This document shows positions 48,404-57,267 of a stretch of DNA of 64,000 bases, piece after piece (position 1 is the first letter of the stretch; every line of letters starts with the position of its first letter). Made by a program: the position numbers and the translations under genes. A model generated the notes under the pieces. The model did not search any database. It was not told the DNA's origin and was given only the letters and a program-made list of their open reading frames with translations. The DNA is taken from contig DIUZ01000020.1 in NCBI GenBank assembly GCA_002423205.1, positions 39,480 to 103,479 on the forward strand, given 5' to 3'. Source of the DNA: Micavibrio sp. UBA6145. GTDB taxonomy: Bacteria; Pseudomonadota; Alphaproteobacteria; Micavibrionales; UBA1664.

Positions 48404-49086
48404 AGACGGAACATACGTTCAACAACACGGGCAAGATGCGCCACGAGTTCAGTGCCAGCGCCGTCGCGGAACATTTCCGGGTCGCGTGAACCAAAGCACA
48501 ATACTGCGGGTGGTGTCTGCATGGAAATATCGACGCGAAGCACGGCCTGTGACCGGACAAGGCGTGCGCCGCCGCCGTAAATGGCTTCGCTACCCTGGAT
48601 GTCGGCTTGCAGAAGAACGGTTTCGCCCTGCATCCACTGGGCAATGGTGCCGGCCGGAACGACCTTGATGCCGCTGGCGTGCATATTGGGAATGTCGCCG
48701 GTGCTGGCCTCGACAACCAGTACGGACATGTCGACATCGAGAATGGTGCTCAGGTCCATGGTGATGGCCTGAATGAATTGTACGAAGTTGCGGGCTTCGA
48801 GCAGTTTGAGCGTCGCTTCCTGAATACGGGTGACGCTATTCATGTTCATGCGGCTGACTTCGATCAGGTCGCGGGTAGTTTCGGTGATGGTGTCGCGGTC
48901 CTTTTTCAGGCGCTGAACCATGTAATGCTGAAAATCAGCAACGCCCTTGCCCATGTTTTCCTTGGGCGGTGTCAGGTGCTCAAGAATGTCCGGGTGACGC
49001 TGGATGAAATTCGGATTGGCTTTGAGCCAGGCCAGAATGTCCTTTTCGTTCAGGGAGTCCTTGGGCGTTTTCGTGTCAGTCATCAT
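48382..49086 (-). CDS. DUF484-family (GAF-like) protein
   Basis: 234 aa. The N-terminal region KDILAWLKANPNFIQRHPDILEHL is typical of DUF484 proteins found upstream of xerC. Confidence 0.65.
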   Translation of the reverse strand: MMTDTKTPKDSLNEKDILAWLKANPNFIQRHPDILEHLTPPKENMGKGVADFQHYMVQRLKKDRDTITETTRDLIEVSRMNMNSVTRIQEATLKLLEARNFVQFIQAITMDLSTILDVDMSVLVVEASTGDIPNMHASGIKVVPAGTIAQWMQGETVLLQADIQGSEAIYGGGARLVRSQAVLRVDISMQTPPAVLCFGSRDPEMFRDGAGTELVAHLARVVERMFRLWLDVPA

Positions 49087-49205
49087 GAGGATTCGGTACG
49101 TGTAAGAAGTTCAACAAATCAGAGTCTAACATGACTCGGGGCGGTTTTTATGGAGAACTTTTAGCCCAGGATGATCAGCAGAATACCGCCCATGCTTGCA
49201 GGACC

Positions 49206-50600
49206 TTAGATATGAATCGGGCGGCCGTCGACGGCGAGTGCCGCTTCCTTGACCGCTTCGTTCAGTGTCGGGTGTGCGTGGCAGATGCGTGCGATGTCTT
49301 CCGCCGAACCGCCGAACTCCATGATCGTGACGATTTCCGCAATCAGCGTACCCGCTTCGGGGCCGAGGATATGCGCGCCCAGAACGCGGTCGGTCGTGGC
49401 ATCCGCCAGAATTTTGACGAACCCGTCGGTCGAGCCGATGGCACGTGCGCGGCCGTTGGCCGTGAACGGGAATTTGCCGACCTTGTAGGCGGTGCCGGAT
49501 TCTTTCAACTGTTCTTCGGTTTTGCCGACCGATGCGATTTCAGGCCATGTGTACACAACACCCGGGATAGCATCGTAATCGATGTGGCCGGATTGACCCG
49601 CCAGCATTTCAGCCAGAACGACGCCCTCGTCTTCGGCCTTATGCGCGAGCATCGCGCCCCTGATCACGTCACCGATGGCGTAGATGCCAGGCACGCTGGT
49701 TTCGAAGTGATCGTTCACATCCACGCGGCCACGATTGTCGAGCGTGACGCCGACTTTATCAAGGCCCAGCGTTGCTGTGTGCGCTTTGCGGCCGACAGCC
49801 ACAAGGACGACATCGGCGTTCAGCGTTTCCGCCTTGCCGCCGGCGGCGGGCTCGACGGTCAGGGCGACGCCCTTCTTGCCGGTTTCGGCACCGGTGCATT
49901 TGCTGGACAGCTTAAATACGATGCCCTGTTTTTCAAGGACGCGTTGCGCCTGCTTGGCGGTTTCGAGGTCCATGCCGGGCAGGATGCGGTCGAGATATTC
50001 AATCACGGTGACCTTGGCACCCAGACGACGCCAGACGGTGCCGAGTTCGAGACCGATGACACCCGCACCGATGACGATCATTTCGTCCGGCACTTTTTCC
50101 AGCGTCAATGCGCCGGTGGAGGACACGATTTGTTTTTCGTCGATCGTAATGCCCGGCAGCGGCGTTACGTCGGAGCCGGTGGCAATGACAATGTGTTTGG
50201 CGGCGTATGTTTCGTCGCCGACCTTGACCTGACCGGCGGCAGGGATTGATCCCTCACCCTTCAGCCAGTCGATCTTGTTTTTCTTCATCAGGAATTCGAT
50301 GCCCTTGGTGTTGTCCGCAACGACCTTGGACTTGAACGCCATCATGGCGGCTAGATCGAGTTTCAGCGAACCGATCTTGATGCCGAAATCGGCGTAGTGA
50401 TGACCGGCACCTTCGAATTTTTCAGATGATGACAGCAGCGCCTTGGACGGTATGCAGCCGACATTCAGACATGTGCCGCCGAGCGTGGCGCGCTTTTCAA
50501 CGATCGCGGTTTTCATGCCCAGCTGGGCACAACGGATGGCGCAGACATAACCGCCGGGGCCGGAACCGATTACGATGACATCATAGGATTTTTCGGACAT
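49206..50600 (-). CDS. lpdA: Dihydrolipoyl dehydrogenase, second paralogue
   Basis: The ORF track starts at 50636. The ATG at 50600, preceded by AAGGAA, gives [18 protein letters not shown]...[13 protein letters not shown]...HAHPTLNE. Confidence 0.9.
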   Translation of the reverse strand: MSEKSYDVIVIGSGPGGYVCAIRCAQLGMKTAIVEKRATLGGTCLNVGCIPSKALLSSSEKFEGAGHHYADFGIKIGSLKLDLAAMMAFKSKVVADNTKGIEFLMKKNKIDWLKGEGSIPAAGQVKVGDETYAAKHIVIATGSDVTPLPGITIDEKQIVSSTGALTLEKVPDEMIVIGAGVIGLELGTVWRRLGAKVTVIEYLDRILPGMDLETAKQAQRVLEKQGIVFKLSSKCTGAETGKKGVALTVEPAAGGKAETLNADVVLVAVGRKAHTATLGLDKVGVTLDNRGRVDVNDHFETSVPGIYAIGDVIRGAMLAHKAEDEGVVLAEMLAGQSGHIDYDAIPGVVYTWPEIASVGKTEEQLKESGTAYKVGKFPFTANGRARAIGSTDGFVKILADATTDRVLGAHILGPEAGTLIAEIVTIMEFGGSAEDIARICHAHPTLNEAVKEAALAVDGRPIHI

Positions 50601-50683
50601 GGGATTCCTTGGGGCACAATTGAACAGGACGCCCAAAGAATTAGCGGATCAGGCCCCTTTTCACAAGGCCCTGAAACGGGGGT

Positions 50684-53620
50684 TTACGCGAGGCGCAGGG
50701 CCCGTTTTTTGTCCGGGGCTTTGCGCGGTTCTGTCCAGGGGGCGTTGGCAGGAATATAGATTTCGCCGGGTTTGAGCGCCTTTTGCATGGCGGCGCGTGA
50801 TTTCATAAGAATATCCAGCGCCTGTTCCTGTCTGTCAACGACATGGACGTTGAGGCGAATCATTTCGTCATTGCTCATCATATTTATAAGCGGATCAAAG
50901 ACGCGGATACCGTCAATCTGTTCATTCACGATGACGAGCGGGCGATTGGACACCGGCATGATGCCCCATTGGCGCATCAGGATGGATGCGGCGATTTCCT
51001 GGATGGAACCGGCACCGCCGGCCATCAGGATTTCGGCATCCGTGTTCATCAGGTGCGCCATGCGCTGTTCGATCACTTCGAAAATGCGCGCGTCGTCATT
51101 GTCCTTGTGCCAGCCGCCTTCGCGTTCAAACGTGTCGTGGCACTGATAGGACGTGACATGGTTGCGGGGCATTTCTTCGCGGCGATCGCGACGCCAGTCG
51201 CGGCGCGCCTGGTGGACGCCTTCGGATGTGGCGACCATCAGGCCTTCTTTACCGCCACCATTGATCAGCGAAAAACCGTTCTGCGCGAGGCTATAGGCAA
51301 AAGCATGCGCGTTTTTGCACGCGTCGGTTTCCTTGCCCAGCGAGGCGGAGCAGTAGACGGTCACGCGATACAGATCCGCGGGCATTTCGATGCCGTCGTC
51401 TTTTTCAACGATGCCCTTTTCCGTGATTTTCGGGCGGATATAACTGGTGTTGAATTTTTTTAGGCCCCTGCGCAGCGCGGTGCCTGATGTATACACGCCC
51501 ATGATGTCATCCTGGCGATTATTGAGCAGCGGCGTCTGCGCCAGATGGTGGAAGATATTTTCCTGGGCCGCCCATGATGTATTGCCTGTCAGATGGCCAA
51601 AGAATTTAGCCTTGATCGCGCGGTCATCGACCTGTTTTCCCACCACGAGAGAGTAATACAGAAGTGTCTTAAGCCATTTAATACCTGAGAAATTATAGAG
51701 TTTGTGGCTGTCCTCGGTCAGCAGGAAACCGTCGGCTTCTTTATACAAGGCGCGCAAGCGATTCAGAACGCTTTCGGCCTTCTGGCGATGCGTGTCGCCA
51801 GTGCGGGTTGTGTCACGCAACAGGGGGCCTTTGTTGCGGAATTCAGCCATGCTGAAACGGCTGCCGTTGCCGGACATCATTTTAAATGCACCGGTAACAA
51901 TGCGATGCATACGACGATTGCCGTGGCCGTAAATGTCTGCAAACAGGGTGTGAAGACTTGCGATACGGTAGTTTTGCTTACCGCTTGCGGCGGCATTGAA
52001 TTCCAGATTGAAATTCGAAAGATTTTTGCTGTGCTCGCTCACGCCGGTTACGTCGCTGAGCGCGCGGATTGAACCGACCACTTCGGAGTGCGTTTCGATG
52101 TAGCCATCGATTTCAGCCTTTGTGCGGCGCTGTTTCGGTGGTAAGTGGCCGTCGAAAGCCGTCGGCACTAGATAATGGTCCGTCTGGAAAGCCTGAATTC
52201 GCTTGCCGCGCGCATCAAGGGTCGGCGATGGGTGGGTGCGTGCCGTTGATTGCACCTTTGCCATGGTTGCGATGTAACGCAGGTTCTGCTCTTTCAGCCA
52301 GTCAAGGCGCACCGCAATGTGGCAGGCGGTGTCATTGACTGTAAGGTCTGCAGCTTTGGCGTTTTCTTTGCTTTCAATTTCCGTGACTGCGCCGGCAAGC
52401 ATGTCTTCAAACAGACGGGTGCGCGACACGGTTTTAAGGATGCCTGCCAGTTCGGCCCCGGGACCCGGTTTCAGCAGATACGGGTTGAGCAATGGGCGGA
52501 TGGGATCAAACGCGCGCGCATCCATGATGCGGTAGTCGAGGAATTCAAGACCGCGATCATCAAACATCAGCCAGACATTTTCAGGGCGCTTGCCATTCGT
52601 GCACAGGGCCGCGGCCACTTTGTCGTAGCCTTCATCGCGGATACGGTCGACAACGGATTGCAGCTTTTCCATGTTGTTGCCCTCAAGGCTGCAACTGGTT
52701 TCGTCTGCTTCGCGGGGTTTTACATCAATGACCGAGTTAAGCGAGTAAACGTTGACGCGCGCGCGCAGCGTGGCAAAGGCCGCGCTGATTTCCTTGGATT
52801 TGTGCGGCGAACCTGATGCCACGTAAATCGTGTCCCCGGGCATGATGCTGGCATCCATTCGGTCACAGCCTGGGGGGGTGTGTCTATCTGGCAGGTTTTT
52901 GAGAACCTGAAGCGTCGATGACGTGCCTTCATCGGCGGTTTCATTGCCACCAGGATAATGGGTGATGTGAACGCCGTACGCTGCCAGAAGCGGATCGTTC
53001 GCGCTTATGCCAATGGCGTCCAGCAAAGGATTCCAGAAACCGTTATGCGTATTCTGGATGATCAGTGCGGTATCTTTTGCGCGTCCATCGTTTGTAAGTT
53101 TTGCATAGAGGATGTGCAGCGCCTGACGCAGGCTGTGCATGTCGCCACGCGTAAGGATCAGGGCGCCTGCGTCTTCGCATTGTTCAAGCGGATCGCTTGT
53201 GTCGAAATTGCCGGTGCGCGAGAGATTGCGGAAATATGGATCGAGGCCAAGGACCTTGTAATTAAAAACGCCGTCATTGCTGGCGGCGCTATCGAGAACT
53301 TGTCGGCGTTGGGTCAGTTCCTGCGAAATCGGATGAACCCATGTCTTGCCCTTATATCGCGCGAGCGCTGTGTCGGACGGGTCTTCACCTGGGAGATAAA
53401 CATACGACGCAGGCGCTTCGGTCAGGAACCCGTCATTCCACATTCGGGAAAGGAGAGGGATAAGTTCTTTGGGATATTCGGTCGGTTTATCCCCGCGGCA
53501 GATTGCCTCCACGGGTCGGAGAAGAAGCTGGATTTTTGCGGCCACCTGTTCTGCGGTGGCGCCAGTCAGTATTCTTTGTCCCGTCACGTCCCTGTTTCCC
53601 ATGAGCCAGTAGTTATGCAA
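50684..53620 (-). CDS. 978-aa multidomain nucleotide-processing protein: degenerate LOG-like N-region, Ham1/ITPase-like middle domain, C-terminal LOG (TIGR00730-type) domain
   Basis: The C-terminal aa ~752-935 read VYCSASLG...LINGGGKEGLM...AEILMAGGAGSIQEI...PLVIVN...FDPL. The middle aa ~263-521 have Ham1-like blocks (IYVASGSPHKSKEI, EADETSCSLEGNNMEK, LMFDDRGLEF, FQTDHYLVP...TKAEID...THSE). The N-terminal aa ~150-205 read ALILTRGDMHSLRQAL...ALIIQNTHNGFWNPLLD. The start is ambiguous, either TTG at 53620 or ATG at 53602. Confidence 0.55.
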   Translation of the reverse strand: MHNYWLMGNRDVTGQRILTGATAEQVAAKIQLLLRPVEAICRGDKPTEYPKELIPLLSRMWNDGFLTEAPASYVYLPGEDPSDTALARYKGKTWVHPISQELTQRRQVLDSAASNDGVFNYKVLGLDPYFRNLSRTGNFDTSDPLEQCEDAGALILTRGDMHSLRQALHILYAKLTNDGRAKDTALIIQNTHNGFWNPLLDAIGISANDPLLAAYGVHITHYPGGNETADEGTSSTLQVLKNLPDRHTPPGCDRMDASIMPGDTIYVASGSPHKSKEISAAFATLRARVNVYSLNSVIDVKPREADETSCSLEGNNMEKLQSVVDRIRDEGYDKVAAALCTNGKRPENVWLMFDDRGLEFLDYRIMDARAFDPIRPLLNPYLLKPGPGAELAGILKTVSRTRLFEDMLAGAVTEIESKENAKAADLTVNDTACHIAVRLDWLKEQNLRYIATMAKVQSTARTHPSPTLDARGKRIQAFQTDHYLVPTAFDGHLPPKQRRTKAEIDGYIETHSEVVGSIRALSDVTGVSEHSKNLSNFNLEFNAAASGKQNYRIASLHTLFADIYGHGNRRMHRIVTGAFKMMSGNGSRFSMAEFRNKGPLLRDTTRTGDTHRQKAESVLNRLRALYKEADGFLLTEDSHKLYNFSGIKWLKTLLYYSLVVGKQVDDRAIKAKFFGHLTGNTSWAAQENIFHHLAQTPLLNNRQDDIMGVYTSGTALRRGLKKFNTSYIRPKITEKGIVEKDDGIEMPADLYRVTVYCSASLGKETDACKNAHAFAYSLAQNGFSLINGGGKEGLMVATSEGVHQARRDWRRDRREEMPRNHVTSYQCHDTFEREGGWHKDNDDARIFEVIEQRMAHLMNTDAEILMAGGAGSIQEIAASILMRQWGIMPVSNRPLVIVNEQIDGIRVFDPLINMMSNDEMIRLNVHVVDRQEQALDILMKSRAAMQKALKPGEIYIPANAPWTEPRKAPDKKRALRLA

Positions 53621-53624
53621 ACTG

Positions 53625-53654
53625 GTTATAGAAAATTTATGCAGCTCTTGTCAA
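53625..53654 (-). promoter_or_regulatory. Possible sigma-70-type promoter (TTGACA-N18-TATAAC) immediately upstream of the 978-aa gene
   Basis: On the minus strand, TTGACA lies at 53654..53649 and TATAAC at 53630..53625. The -10 element ends only ~5 nt before the TTG at 53620, implying a leaderless or very short-leader mRNA. Confidence 0.3.
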
Positions 53655-53758
53655 AATCTGCTTTTGAAGTTTTTTACCCTGTTTTTCAGCCGCTTGCGAG
53701 TCCGCCAAGACCCCTTACTCACAGGGGGTTTTAACGGTTGGGAAAAGACCAATTTGAC

Positions 53759-54214
53759 TTAGGCCCCACCCCAGTCTTCAAGCCATAAATCAGGCTTTTC
53801 GTCGATAAACTTGCGACAAAGCGCAATGCAGTCCGGGTCGTTCACTTCAATCACTTCGACGCCGCGTTCGCGCAAAAGCACCTCGTTCCCGCTGGAATTG
53901 GTGGTGTCGCCGACGACGACTCGTTGAATCTTGAACTGCAGGATCGTGCCCGTGCACATCATGCAGGGGCTTAAGGTCGTGTACATGGTGGTATTGCGGC
54001 GGCTTTTCATACGGCCTGCGGCGCGCATGGCGGCCATTTCGCCGTGGATGATGGGGTTACCCTCCTGGACCAGGGCGTTGTGCCCCTCACCCAGGATTTC
54101 GCCGGTTTCATTGTCAACGATGACGCCGCCAATGGGGCATCCGCCCTCGTTATAGCCTTTCAGGGCTTGTTCGTAGGCGCGGCGCATATACACTTCGTGG
54201 GATTGATATGTCAT
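53759..54214 (-). CDS. Fcy1-type cytosine deaminase (CDA/dCMP-deaminase zinc-binding fold)
   Basis: 151 aa that aligns by eye along its full length with yeast Fcy1 (EGGCPIGGVIV...GEGHN...IHGEMAAM...MYTTLSPCMMCTGTIL...VVVGD...CRKFIDEKPDLWLEDWG). HxE and PCxxC motifs are intact. Confidence 0.8.
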   Translation of the reverse strand: MTYQSHEVYMRRAYEQALKGYNEGGCPIGGVIVDNETGEILGEGHNALVQEGNPIIHGEMAAMRAAGRMKSRRNTTMYTTLSPCMMCTGTILQFKIQRVVVGDTTNSSGNEVLLRERGVEVIEVNDPDCIALCRKFIDEKPDLWLEDWGGA

Positions 54215-54235
54215 TGGTTTGTCTCCTGTTCACGC

Positions 54236-55204
54236 ATGGCTTTAGCAGATACCGCACTCATCCTTCAATACATGCAACAGGCCGTTGACGTCGTCCTGAC
54301 GGGCGAACATGCCGACAGCAAGGTTTCCGCCTGTGCTTTCCACCCGGAACAACCCGAGATTCCCGCCGTCGCCACGGTCAGCGCCCGCCCGGATTGCCTG
54401 AAAGGTCACTTTGCCTGGGATGCCCGCATCGGTGCGTCCAGCCAGTTTATTCATGCGGAGCTTGCCGCGCTTTTGAAATTCGGCGGCAATTTACGCGGTG
54501 CGCATGTCTGCGTGACCGATCCGTTCTGTCCCAACTGCGCCAAGAACATGGCCGAGGCCGGCGTGCGCGCCATCTATATCGACCATAAAGGCTTTCAGAA
54601 AGACTTCATCGCGCGGAATGGCGACGAATTCAAAACCATGTCCATGCTGATCGCTGAAAAGGCGGGCATCAGTGTTTTTGAAGTCAACCGCAAGGCGGGC
54701 ACGGTTACGCCGATTTTGGACCAGCAGGCAACCACTCGCCCCGCATCTACGGCAATTGAATTTTTTGATATTGCGGACGGCATGACGCTGGAAAGTGCTA
54801 TGCAGACATTTAAAAACCGTCTTGGCACGCGCGAAGCATGGACGCTGGCGTTTGTTAAAGAACGCGACGGCAGTCCGCGCGGGCTTCTGGTGTTCGAGGC
54901 ATTGCCGCCGGGCATCACACCCGAAGATTACCGCACGCGCGGCACGGATACCGGCAAATACCGTTTTCCCATCGACCCGCTGACACGGCTTGGCATCATT
55001 ACGCGACGCATGGGTATGACATTGCTCGATCCGCGTATAGGTTGCGCACGGCTTCCGTCGTCGCGCTCGCTTGTCAACGCGCTGGGCATGGGTATATCAA
55101 ACCTGTTACTGGCCTCGGCCCAGCCAGACCATGATCCGCTCGGTCTGGCCGCAATCACCCTGTTGCGGGATAAAAAGATTTTGAACGTATCGGAGATGAC
55201 ATGA
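54236..55204 (+). CDS. Two-domain protein: N-terminal dCMP/ComEB-type deaminase domain plus a ~170-aa uncharacterised C-terminal domain
   Basis: The ORF track starts at 54044, inside the opposite-strand deaminase. I use the ATG at 54236, with 54272 as an alternative. Motifs are FIHAELAAL (HAE) and DPFCPNCAKNM (PCxxC). The C-terminal half has no motif I recognise. Confidence 0.55.
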   Translation: MALADTALILQYMQQAVDVVLTGEHADSKVSACAFHPEQPEIPAVATVSARPDCLKGHFAWDARIGASSQFIHAELAALLKFGGNLRGAHVCVTDPFCPNCAKNMAEAGVRAIYIDHKGFQKDFIARNGDEFKTMSMLIAEKAGISVFEVNRKAGTVTPILDQQATTRPASTAIEFFDIADGMTLESAMQTFKNRLGTREAWTLAFVKERDGSPRGLLVFEALPPGITPEDYRTRGTDTGKYRFPIDPLTRLGIITRRMGMTLLDPRIGCARLPSSRSLVNALGMGISNLLLASAQPDHDPLGLAAITLLRDKKILNVSEMT

Positions 55205-55665
55205 AAAAACTTTTGATGATTGCCGCGGCCGTTCTGGCTTTAAGCGCCTGTGACCAAAACCCGCAGGAGGCCCGCGAGCGCGCGACCAATGCCAATGAGG
55301 CCGTTGAAGTCCCGTCTGTTTCAGGCGCATCGACACCGGCGCAAGCAACACCGCAGGCGCAATCAGGCGTCGTTGGCGGCGCGATGGTGAACACGCCCGT
55401 GTCCAGCAGCTCACCCGCCATGCAAAACACGCCTGCGCCAACCGTTGCGCAGGCAACGGCGCAGGCTGGCTCACCCGCAAGCACATGCGGGGCGGATCAG
55501 TCATGGGTAGGGCAGCCGCTAAAATCCATCGACTTAAGCAAAATCACCGGCGTGATCCGGACAATTTATCCGAACCAGCCGGTGACGATGGATTACAGCG
55601 ATCAGCGCCTGAACATCATTCTTGAGCCCGGCACCGATAAGGTGCTGGAAGTGAAGTGCGGTTAA
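55201..55665 (+). CDS. Lipoprotein with a C-terminal peptidase-inhibitor-I78-like domain
   Basis: 154 aa with a lipobox (VLALSAC/D) and a low-complexity Ala/Pro/Gln linker. The C-terminal region reads [12 protein letters not shown]...[37 protein letters not shown]. Its ATG overlaps the upstream stop (ATGA). Confidence 0.55.
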   Translation: MKKLLMIAAAVLALSACDQNPQEARERATNANEAVEVPSVSGASTPAQATPQAQSGVVGGAMVNTPVSSSSPAMQNTPAPTVAQATAQAGSPASTCGADQSWVGQPLKSIDLSKITGVIRTIYPNQPVTMDYSDQRLNIILEPGTDKVLEVKCG

Positions 55666-57134
55666 CGCGCGAGCGTTTTTGCCGCTTCCTTCGTGGTATG
55701 CACAGCCGACGATGAGCGTTGCACCGCCTCGGCGATATTGACCACATTCTCGCTGATGGACGTTACGGCATCTGATGCGTGCTGCATGTTGGAAGAAATT
55801 TCGCGTGTCACGGCTGATTGCTCTTCCACTGCGCTTGCGGTGCCGCTGACGTAACTTTCGACGGATTCGATGCTTTTCTTGATTTCGTTGAGCGCATTGA
55901 CGACGCCTTCAGATACTTTCTGAATGCCTTCGATTTCACGCGAAATCTGTTCCGTGGCATCGGCTGCCTGCTTGGCCAGGTTTTTAACCTCGTCGGCAAC
56001 GACGGCAAATCCTTTGCCAGCGTCGCCCGCACGCGCTGCCTCAATCGTGGCATTGAGCGCAAGAAGGTTAATCTGTCCCGCAATGTTTTGAATGAGGGTG
56101 ATGATACCGCCCATGGATACGGCGGCGGCGTCGAGTTTTTGTGTCGACTGATCGGCCCGGGCCGTCTCGATCATCGCGCTTTTCACGGCTTCCAGTGACT
56201 TGACCATGCTGGACGAAATCTCCTGCACGGATGCGGTCATTTCCTCCGCGCCGGTTGCGATGGCCTGCATGTTGCTGGCGCTTTGCTGGGCGGCATGTGC
56301 CGCGTTTGATGCCTGACGATCCGTGTCTGTAACGGCAAGATCGATTTCACCAATGTTGCTGTCGATCAGTTTCTGGACATTCTCCAGCAATTCAATCTGT
56401 TTGGTGATGTCGGTGGCATATTTGACGACTTTGAAGGGTTTGCCATTCATATCCATGATCGGGTTATACGATGCCTCGATCCAGATCACCTTGCCGCCTT
56501 TGCCTATGCGCTTGTATTGGCCGGCGTCATATTTTCCACTGGCAAGCTTGCGCCAGAATTCGGCGTATTCGGGTGAGCGTGCATAGACCGGGTCTACAAA
56601 CATGGAATGGTGCTGGCCCTGTACTTCATCCAGCGTGTAGCCGACGGCGTTCAGGAAGTTGGGATTGGCGGTGATGATCGTTCCGTCGAGATTGAAATGG
56701 ATTACGGCCTGCGCCTTGTCGATGGCGGATAATTGACCCTCGGCGTCAGCGGCTTCAAGTTTTCGGGCCGTGATGTCGGTCGCAAATTTTACGACCTTGT
56801 ATGTCTTGCCGTTTTTGTCTTTGACCGGATTGTAGGTTGCCTGGATCCAGATTTCGCGCTGGCCTTTGCCAAAGCGTTTGTATTCGGCAGAATCGAAATT
56901 TCCGGCGGCCAGATTTTTCCAGAAATCGGCATATTCGGCTGACTGGGCATAGGCCGGGTCGACAAACATTCTGTGATGTTTGCCGCGCACTTCATCGAGC
57001 GTGTAGCCCATGGCGCTTAGAAAATTTTCGTTTGCCGTCAGGATCGTGCCGTCCGGCGTGAATTCAATGGCGGCCAGAGAGTGACCAATGGCGCGCAGCG
57101 TGTTCAACGCATGCGTTTTTTCTTTGCTAAACAA
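55662..57134 (-). CDS. Soluble methyl-accepting chemotaxis protein with tandem PAS domains
   Basis: 490 aa with no TM segment. Two ~120-aa PAS units are ~65% identical to each other ([27 protein letters not shown]... and [27 protein letters not shown]...). The MCP signalling domain reads [31 protein letters not shown]. Confidence 0.85.
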   Translation of the reverse strand: MFSKEKTHALNTLRAIGHSLAAIEFTPDGTILTANENFLSAMGYTLDEVRGKHHRMFVDPAYAQSAEYADFWKNLAAGNFDSAEYKRFGKGQREIWIQATYNPVKDKNGKTYKVVKFATDITARKLEAADAEGQLSAIDKAQAVIHFNLDGTIITANPNFLNAVGYTLDEVQGQHHSMFVDPVYARSPEYAEFWRKLASGKYDAGQYKRIGKGGKVIWIEASYNPIMDMNGKPFKVVKYATDITKQIELLENVQKLIDSNIGEIDLAVTDTDRQASNAAHAAQQSASNMQAIATGAEEMTASVQEISSSMVKSLEAVKSAMIETARADQSTQKLDAAAVSMGGIITLIQNIAGQINLLALNATIEAARAGDAGKGFAVVADEVKNLAKQAADATEQISREIEGIQKVSEGVVNALNEIKKSIESVESYVSGTASAVEEQSAVTREISSNMQHASDAVTSISENVVNIAEAVQRSSSAVHTTKEAAKTLAR

Positions 57135-57161
57135 TAGCTTCTCCTAAACCTATGATGGGAT

Positions 57162-57183
57162 GTCACATACAAGTGTATGTGAC
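57162..57183. promoter_or_regulatory. Perfect 10+2+10 palindrome upstream of the MCP gene (candidate operator)
   Basis: GTCACATACA-AG-TGTATGTGAC, located 28-49 nt upstream of the MCP ATG at 57134. Confidence 0.4.
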
Positions 57184-57233
57184 TCGACCCCATTTCAGCA
57201 GTCTATCTTTAGAATAGATTGTCTTCGTTACGG

Positions 57234-57259
57234 AAATAAAACGCCTGTGTGACAGGCGT
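57234..57259 (-). terminator. Rho-independent terminator downstream of ugd
   Basis: The minus strand reads ACGCCTGT-CAC-ACAGGCGT followed by TTTATTTCC. Confidence 0.6.
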
Positions 57260-57267
57260 GTGCCAAG

